Origin: Anaerolineales bacterium
Lineage (GTDB): Bacteria; Chloroflexota; Anaerolineae; Anaerolineales; UBA11858
NCBI GenBank assembly: GCA_041686005.1
Contig: JAWLER010000007.1
Location: 8,794 to 72,793 of the forward strand
Reading direction: 5' to 3'
DNA length: 64,000 bases
Translations under genes and position numbers: made by a program
The notes under the pieces: model-generated
The model's input: only the letters and a program-made list of their open reading frames with translations
What the model was told of the DNA's origin: nothing
Database searches by the model: none
Part shown: piece by piece, positions 58,002-64,000 of the stretch
Layout: each line of letters starts with the position of its first letter
Position numbering within the stretch: the stretch's first letter is position 1

Positions 58002-59339
58002 CTACTTCTCCTCGGGCTCTTTGGAAAACGTCTCCATATACAGCTTGATTTCAGGCACCGTGGTCAGTTTTTCGTAGAAGAAGTTGTTAACGATGTTGAT
58101 CACCTCATCCCGGGCGGTTTCCACTTCGTCCGTCAGGGCTTGCCCCTCTTTTTGGTCCTCCAGGGCGTCCCGCAGCCGCAGCAGGTGGCGGACGACGATC
58201 GACTCCTCCTCGCCTTCCAAGGCGCCGATCACGGCCATGATCAAGCGGTCCGCCTGACTTTGGACCCGCTCGATGGAGATGCTGGAATCCGGCTGGCTGC
58301 TCTCGTCCATGGTCCGGATCAGGGACCAGACCTGGTAGAGCATGGATGCCGGTTCGTCGAAAAGTTCCCGGATCACGGCTGCTTCCTGGTAGCGGCCCGT
58401 AAGGCGGAAGATGTTGTACATCCGCTTGGCGGCCTTGCCGTAATTGATGTCCCTGTTGAGGTATTTGTTGATTTCCTTTTCCAATTGCTCCACATACTGG
58501 TCGAGGGCGTTGGCGGACACATGCTGGGAAAGTTTTTCGAAGATGGGCACGGATTCTTCCTGTAAATAGACCTCTTGAAAGTAAGGGTCTAAGAAGCCGT
58601 CCAACGGCGTGATGGATCCATCCGGCGCTTCCCAGGTCACATCCAGCATGTTGCTGGCATTGACCAACTCGTTCCGGAGGGGATCGGCGACCACCCAGTC
58701 CAGCTTGCACCAGCCCGGATCGCGGGCGACCTCATCCCATCGCAGATTGATCTTCTCCCCTTCCAGCGTTTGAGCCTGGATCTCGCCCGCCTCCACCTGC
58801 TCAGGTGTCCAAGAGATGGAGCTCCCCCCCTGGTGCTGGCGCCCATGGACGACCAAATTTTGGGGATAGGATCCGAAATGGACCTCCATGAGTTGGTAGG
58901 TCGGCCCGGCCAGGGTTTGCAAGGCTTTCTCACGGATCAGCTTGGCCAAGGTCCGGCAGGCTTCTTCGTGGCTGTCGGCGAGGATGTTCATGCGTTCAAA
59001 ATAATCTGCATCGCCGGGGTAGGTTTGGATTTTCGATTGGGCGGCGGATCCCGAAAGCGCCAGGGCCGTTTCCACTTTACCGGGGATGTCTTCAAATTCC
59101 ACCAGCGCGCCCAGCTTCCGGAAATGAGCCAGGTCCTTTTCGCTGAAGTCCAGCATGCTGACTTTGTGTCCGAAGACGCCGCTGCGCCTGTCGAAGACGA
59201 TGTCCTCCCCTTCTTGGGAAGCGCTGATAGCTCTCAGCCACTCCTTCGCCTCGGCTTCATTCAATTCAATGCCCAGGCGTTGGGCGGAAGCCAGGATCCG
59301 GAGCGTTTCCTTTCGTTCATCGGGTTGGGATGTGGCCAT
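58002..59339 (-). CDS. Uncharacterised protein with a Pol-beta-type nucleotidyltransferase-like motif
   Basis: 445 aa, AGGAG RBS. LSGSAAQSKIQTYPGDADYF fits hGS-x11-DxD. Candidate third Asp in KLDWVV. Confidence 0.6.
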   Translation of the reverse strand: MATSQPDERKETLRILASAQRLGIELNEAEAKEWLRAISASQEGEDIVFDRRSGVFGHKVSMLDFSEKDLAHFRKLGALVEFEDIPGKVETALALSGSAAQSKIQTYPGDADYFERMNILADSHEEACRTLAKLIREKALQTLAGPTYQLMEVHFGSYPQNLVVHGRQHQGGSSISWTPEQVEAGEIQAQTLEGEKINLRWDEVARDPGWCKLDWVVADPLRNELVNASNMLDVTWEAPDGSITPLDGFLDPYFQEVYLQEESVPIFEKLSQHVSANALDQYVEQLEKEINKYLNRDINYGKAAKRMYNIFRLTGRYQEAAVIRELFDEPASMLYQVWSLIRTMDESSQPDSSISIERVQSQADRLIMAVIGALEGEEESIVVRHLLRLRDALEDQKEGQALTDEVETARDEVINIVNNFFYEKLTTVPEIKLYMETFSKEPEEK

Positions 59340-59626
59340 GATCTTCTCTCCTGTGGTGAATTCTAGAAAGGATAGGGATTAGAAGACACAATGGGCTCTA
59401 AAATCCCTTTTGACCTTTTGATTCCTGCTTGCTGGCAGACTGCTCTGATTTGGATCGTACCACAGCTTCAAAAGGGGTATGTTAATAATGAGTGAGAGCA
59501 GGAAGTGGGCTAAGTGATAAAGGTGAGATGCAGGGGAGCTTTGAGAGGCATAATTCGCAAAGTAAAAGGGGAAGGTGGTGATCTGGATACCATCCCTTCC
59601 CCTACCCCTTTCCCCATGCGTGGATA

Positions 59627-60043
59627 CTATGGCTGGCAGTCCCCGGTCAAGAAGTCATATTCAGGGCAAGAAGAGCCGTCCGGGAAGACACACTCTGCGA
59701 TATTGCCCCCTGTCTCTTTCAGGGTGTACCCTTCTTGAGTGCAGTAGGAATATTCCTGACCGCAGCGTCCGGACAGAAAGTCCCACTCTTCGCATTCTTC
59801 CCCATCCGGGAAGATGCAGACGCCGGTCGTCCCTTCCTCGGTCTCGCGCATTTCCAGTTCGTACCCCAATTCCTGGCAGTAAACGGAAGCCGGATTGGCC
59901 ATGCCGCTGATGGGTTCCTTCCCTTCCTCCGCTTCTGGCTGAGGGGTGTTGGTGGGTTCTGGCGGCTGACTCCCGCAGGCCGTGAGCAGGAAGAGGGCAG
60001 TGACCAATATGGATACAAATCGCGTGCTTTTCTTCATTTCCAA
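59627..60043 (-). CDS. DUF333-domain lipoprotein
   Basis: Lipobox LLTAC, MANPASVYC...G...G.C.FPDG..C.EW and a second partial copy. Confidence 0.85.
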   Translation of the reverse strand: MEMKKSTRFVSILVTALFLLTACGSQPPEPTNTPQPEAEEGKEPISGMANPASVYCQELGYELEMRETEEGTTGVCIFPDGEECEEWDFLSGRCGQEYSYCTQEGYTLKETGGNIAECVFPDGSSCPEYDFLTGDCQP

Positions 60044-60477
60044 CTCCTTACGGTAGATATGCCTACCGTTTTTAACCTTTTATCTCCCTAAAGACGGAAA
60101 ATGAAAGTTAATAGTTCCTGGATTGTTGATATGATTCTATCAGTCGCTTTACGCCGCACCATCCTTGTTTGATCCTCTTCTTTATGTGTACGATGTGTAT
60201 TTCCTGATTTATATTATCCCTGTTGCATGTCGTGACTGTGTTGAATGGGTGTTGCATTGGTGTTCAAGGGCATCATGTGATGTTAACTTAATAGGGCTGA
60301 CCCAAAGTTGACATGTGCCCTGTTTTTCTTTCTTTATATGAACATTGGCAGTCTTGGGGTATTGAAACAAGAGAGTGGATCACGCCTACTTCTCGATTCT
60401 TGTTTTCCTTTACAATGGAAGGGAGAACTCGTATTCACAATATGAGATAGGAAAAAATGAGAGAGCGAGGCGAGACC

Positions 60478-61314
60478 ATGAACGAGTTGTTTGAAAAGAA
60501 TCAAAATAGGGGAGAATTGGCAGGTGAGCACGTTTTTCTTACCGGGGCCTCATCCGGCATCGGCCGGGCCACAACCATCCGCCTGGCGCAAGAGGGGGCG
60601 TATGTGGCGGGTGTCGCCCGCACGGAAGAGGATTTGGAGGAGACCAGACGATCGGTCCGCGAGCGGACAGGGGAAGACCACATGATCCCCATCCCCTGCG
60701 ATGTCACGCGGGAAGAGCAGGTTAAAGACGCTTTTCAGCGGGCGGTGGATGCATTTGGCAAGGTCCAGATCGTGGTCGCCAACGCCGGCTCTATGCGGGT
60801 GGCCCCCATCCACGAGACGTCGTTGTCGCTCTGGCAGGAGATGTACGATGTCCTGGCCACGGGGGGGTTTTTGACGGCCCGGGAAGCGTTCCGCCATTGG
60901 CTGGAACGGGGCATCCCCGGCCGTCTGGTTTTCACCTCCAGCAAAAACGCGGTTGCGCCCAGTCCTGGTGCGAGCGCTTATGCCTCAGCGAAAGCTGCCG
61001 TGCAGCACCTGGCGCGGTGTTTGGCGGAGGAGGGGGGACCGCACGGCATCCGCACCAACACCGTCCTCCCCGATGCGGTGATCCGGGGCACGAACATTCT
61101 CTCCGAAGAGGAGTTGAGAAAGAGCGCCCAACGCCACGGGGTCCCGTTTGATGAGATCTATGATTATTACCGGAAACGGAATGCGATGAACGTCTCCATC
61201 ACGCCGGAGGATGTGGCGGAGTCGATCCTCTTCCTGTGCAGCCCGCGCAGCCAAAAGATCAACGGGGCGGCGCTGACCGTGGACGGCGGGTTATCGATCG
61301 CTTATCTGCGTTGA
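60478..61314 (+). CDS. SDR oxidoreductase similar to the SDR domain of bifunctional rhamnulose-1-P aldolase/dehydrogenase
   Basis: TGASSGIG, ANAG, SSKNA, YASAK, NTVLPDAV..G, Y..RN, VDGG. Confidence 0.85.
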   Translation: MNELFEKNQNRGELAGEHVFLTGASSGIGRATTIRLAQEGAYVAGVARTEEDLEETRRSVRERTGEDHMIPIPCDVTREEQVKDAFQRAVDAFGKVQIVVANAGSMRVAPIHETSLSLWQEMYDVLATGGFLTAREAFRHWLERGIPGRLVFTSSKNAVAPSPGASAYASAKAAVQHLARCLAEEGGPHGIRTNTVLPDAVIRGTNILSEEELRKSAQRHGVPFDEIYDYYRKRNAMNVSITPEDVAESILFLCSPRSQKINGAALTVDGGLSIAYLR

Positions 61315-61383
61315 GGGGTTTGTTTCGGTTTTCCCCCTGATCTTGGTTGTTCTTCTATCCGCTATGAATAGCTGGATTTGAGT

Positions 61384-62349
61384 TCAGAGGGACAGCACTT
61401 CCGCAGCTTCCCGCTCTGGTGCCAGAACCTCCTCGGGTGTCATATCTTGGTAATCGCCTTTCCCCAGATAGTCTTTAATCTTTTCCGGCCCTCCGATCAC
61501 TTCCCGGTGCACGATCATGGCCCCGTCCTGGCTGGTCTTTACCCGCCAGCGGACGAGCATGATCTCCCCTTTGTCGATTTCGATCCCTGTGATCCAGCGT
61601 GGGAAAACACAGCTGCCGGCGTTAAAATAAGGTGCTTCATCTGGTTCAGGAAAATGGGCGTCATGAGTGTGGCCGCAGAGCAAAGGATGTGAGTTTTCAG
61701 TGACCCAGTTGATCAATTCCTTTTCTATGTCCCGTTTCCTCTCCGGATTGCGCGAAACGCGGATGGGATTGTGGAGACCGAGCATTTGCAAAGGTCGCCA
61801 CAGATAGCGTAGTATGAAGCGGCTCAGCTGCCAATAACGGTCATTGATAAGTTCTCCCTGGTGGCCGTGGGTGACGAAGAGGTCTTCCCCTGTTTCTTGG
61901 TGCTGGAGCACCAAGCCCTCATGGACGTCAATACCCGGGAAAAGGGGTTCAACCTGATTGGTTTTAAGGTTGTAGTATTTATATAACGCGTTCTTGACAT
62001 TCTCTTTGATTTTGTAGGGGATGTCGTGATTGCCGTGGATGTAGTGAAATCGCCCCCCCGCGAAAAATTTTTTCAATAACTGGAAAACCGGGCCGTGGGC
62101 GATGCGGATGCTCCGGTAGCCAATGTTTTTGATCAACTCATCCCCATCTCCCACTTCGATATACGTAAAACCGTTTCTGTAGTAATACTCGAGAGCGTAA
62201 CTGTAAATGGCCTGGTTGCGGGCGAATTCATCCGCCCAACTGTTATCCCCTCGATGGACATCGCTGAAAAAGATCAGCTTGGCATGATCGTCAAAGGGTA
62301 TTCTAGGGCCCTTTTTGTATACTTCTGACAGTCTTTTTTGTTTATTCAT
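61384..62349 (-). CDS. Calcineurin-like metallophosphoesterase
   Basis: SDVH, GDGDE, GNHD, THGH, GHTH motifs. Confidence 0.88.
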   Translation of the reverse strand: MNKQKRLSEVYKKGPRIPFDDHAKLIFFSDVHRGDNSWADEFARNQAIYSYALEYYYRNGFTYIEVGDGDELIKNIGYRSIRIAHGPVFQLLKKFFAGGRFHYIHGNHDIPYKIKENVKNALYKYYNLKTNQVEPLFPGIDVHEGLVLQHQETGEDLFVTHGHQGELINDRYWQLSRFILRYLWRPLQMLGLHNPIRVSRNPERKRDIEKELINWVTENSHPLLCGHTHDAHFPEPDEAPYFNAGSCVFPRWITGIEIDKGEIMLVRWRVKTSQDGAMIVHREVIGGPEKIKDYLGKGDYQDMTPEEVLAPEREAAEVLSL

Positions 62350-62516
62350 AATGTCCTTGTTGTCTTGCCTTGATGGAAGTCCGAAGCGTCAGGTGATGAA
62401 TGGATCTCCACACACAGTGTAAGGGATGATTCTTAATGTTTTGTAAATGGAATGTAAAAGGGTGATTATCGTTTCCCGGTAAGGCTTAGAGGAGGGCGAT
62501 TCCGGTTGATTTTAAA

Positions 62517-62549
62517 GGAAAAAGTGGAGCGCCATGCTCCACTTTTTCC
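62517..62549 (-). terminator. Intrinsic terminator after the fasciclin gene
   Basis: GGAAAAAGTGGAGC-5 nt-GCTCCACTTTTTCC perfect inverted repeat. Confidence 0.75.
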
Positions 62550-62573
62550 GTGCTATAGGAGGAGAGAAACACA

Positions 62574-63944
62574 TTAAGGTATTAAGACAGCGTCGATGAC
62601 GTGGATCACGCCGTTGGAAGTCTCCAGATCCGTGATGATCACTTCAGCGTCGTTGACCATGACCTTACCGTCCATGACGGAAATGCTGACGTTCTGGCCA
62701 AGTAACGTTTCGGCTTCGCTGAGCTCAATCACATCCTTAGCCATGACTTTGCCGTCCACCACATGGTAGAGGAGGATGTCCGCCAAGGCGGGGGTGTTGT
62801 GCCCCAGGAGCGTGTTCAAGGTATCCTCAGGCAGCGCCGCGAAGGCGTCATCCGTGGGGGCGAAGACGGTCAGGGGCCCTTCGGCCTTGAGGACGTCCAC
62901 CAAGCCGGCGGCTTGCACCGCTGTGACCAGGGTGGAGAAGCGCCCGTCTTCGGAAGCCACGTCGACGATGTCGCGGGTCTCCGGCTGGATGACCGCGTCG
63001 ATGACGTGGATCACACCGTTGGCGGTCTCTATGTCGGTGATGATCACCTGGGCATCGTCGATGAAGACGTTGCCGTCTTCGACTTTGATGTCCACAAATT
63101 GACCTTGCAGTGTCTGGGCCTGTGTCAGCTCAACCACATCCTTGGCCATGACCTTGCCGTCCACTACGTGGTAGAGGAGGATATCGGTCAGGGTGGGGAT
63201 GTCGTTCAAGAGAGCGTCCACTGTCCCTTCGGGCAGCGCCGCGAAGGCGTCATCCGTGGGGGCGAAGACGGTCAAGGGTCCTTCGGCCTTGAGGGCGTCC
63301 ACCAACCCGGCGGCTTGCACCGCAGCGACCAGGGTGGAGAAGCGTTCATCTTCCGCGGCCACGTCGACGATGTCGCGGGTCTCCGGCTGGATGACCGCGT
63401 CGATGACGTGGATCACGCCGTTGGCGGTCTCGATGTCGGTGATGATCACCTGGGCATCGTCGATGAAGACGTTGCCGTCTTCGACTTTGATGTCCACAAA
63501 TTGACCTTGCAGTGTCTGGGCCTGTGTCAGCTCAACCACATCCTTAGCCATGACTTTGCCGTCCACTACGTGGTAGAGGAGGATATCGGTCAGGGAGGGG
63601 ATGTCGTTCAAGAGAGCGTCCACTGTCCCTTCGGGAAGCGCCGCGAAGGCGTCATCCGTGGGGGCGAAGACAGTCAAGGGCCCTTCGGCCTTGAGGGCGT
63701 CCACCAAGCCGGCGGCTTGCACCGCAGCGACCAGGGTCGTGAAACGACCATCAGCGATGGCGGCGTCCACGATGTCCACCGGTTCAGGTGTCGGCTCGGG
63801 GGTCGGTTCCTCGGTGGGCTCGGGCATAGGTGTTGCGGTGGGTTGGGGGGCTTCTGTGGGGACTTCCTCCGTCGCCGGTGCCGCACAGGCACTCACCAGT
63901 AAAACCACTGCCAGTAAGACATATAGAAAAGTTTTTCCCTTCAT
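62574..63944 (-). CDS. Fasciclin (FAS1) domain lipoprotein with three domains
   Basis: Lipobox VSAC, PT/PE linker, 3x [10 protein letters not shown]...ILLYHVV...[10 protein letters not shown]. Confidence 0.93.
   Translation of the reverse strand: MKGKTFLYVLLAVVLLVSACAAPATEEVPTEAPQPTATPMPEPTEEPTPEPTPEPVDIVDAAIADGRFTTLVAAVQAAGLVDALKAEGPLTVFAPTDDAFAALPEGTVDALLNDIPSLTDILLYHVVDGKVMAKDVVELTQAQTLQGQFVDIKVEDGNVFIDDAQVIITDIETANGVIHVIDAVIQPETRDIVDVAAEDERFSTLVAAVQAAGLVDALKAEGPLTVFAPTDDAFAALPEGTVDALLNDIPTLTDILLYHVVDGKVMAKDVVELTQAQTLQGQFVDIKVEDGNVFIDDAQVIITDIETANGVIHVIDAVIQPETRDIVDVASEDGRFSTLVTAVQAAGLVDVLKAEGPLTVFAPTDDAFAALPEDTLNTLLGHNTPALADILLYHVVDGKVMAKDVIELSEAETLLGQNVSISVMDGKVMVNDAEVIITDLETSNGVIHVIDAVLIP
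62580..63780 (-). repeat. Intragenic ~402-bp tandem repeat (three FAS1 units, two nearly identical)
   Basis: TCGCGGGTCTCCGGCTGG recurs at 62971 and 63373. Long identical stretches between units. Confidence 0.9.
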
Positions 63945-64000
63945 TTTTTCTCCTTGCATAAAGGTTTTGTAAAGCATTTGCCCACATTATGACAAATAAT

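Noticed and set aside
50690-59339. Macro domain plus NTase-like protein as an anti-phage system
   Set aside because: They are about 7 kb apart, separated by housekeeping genes. The macro protein is an ordinary YmdB-like gene coupled to trmH.
60044-60456. Possible sRNA or small ORF in a 400-bp intergenic region
   Set aside because: Only short imperfect repeats and a 35-codon ORF without an RBS. No recognisable RNA family.
62763-63902. 379-aa plus-strand ORF
   Set aside because: Antisense shadow of the repetitive, codon-biased fasciclin gene. No independent motifs.

Overview
Bacterial chromosomal window. Gene style suggests an anaerobic Chloroflexota (Anaerolineae-like) organism: acidic PT/PE-linker lipoproteins, CSLREA and fasciclin lipoproteins, T-box leaders. 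This taxonomy is inference. Layout: (1) 0.5-5.6 kb: a minus-strand cluster of sulfotransferase, AlkP-superfamily and sulfatase-like genes. (2) 5.7-32.9 kb: an acyl-CoA ligase and, divergent from it, a ~25 kb TetR-headed plus-strand catabolic cluster. It encodes a Dpp-type ABC importer, a strongly divergent 4-hydroxybutyryl-CoA dehydratase (AbfD)-family enzyme, CoA ligases, SDR, KAS-III-like protein, two hydrolases, two-subunit aconitase X, two QueG/RdhA-like Fe-S proteins, thiolase, acyl-CoA dehydrogenase, EtfAB and a non-pyrrolysine MttB methyltransferase. (3) 33-64 kb: mostly housekeeping genes, namely Fe-ADH, ZIP, an SDR pair, metY, T-box trpB, radical SAM, glpD, a CcrM-like orphan methylase, infC-rplT with no intact rpmI, T-box thrS, an uncharacterised nucleotidyltransferase-like protein and surface lipoproteins. 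The best candidate for an undescribed system is the catabolic cluster, possibly an anaerobic pathway for an N-methylated (betaine/carnitine-like) acyl compound. No rRNA, tRNA, CRISPR array or transposase was recognised. All family assignments come from reading motifs by eye, not from database searches.
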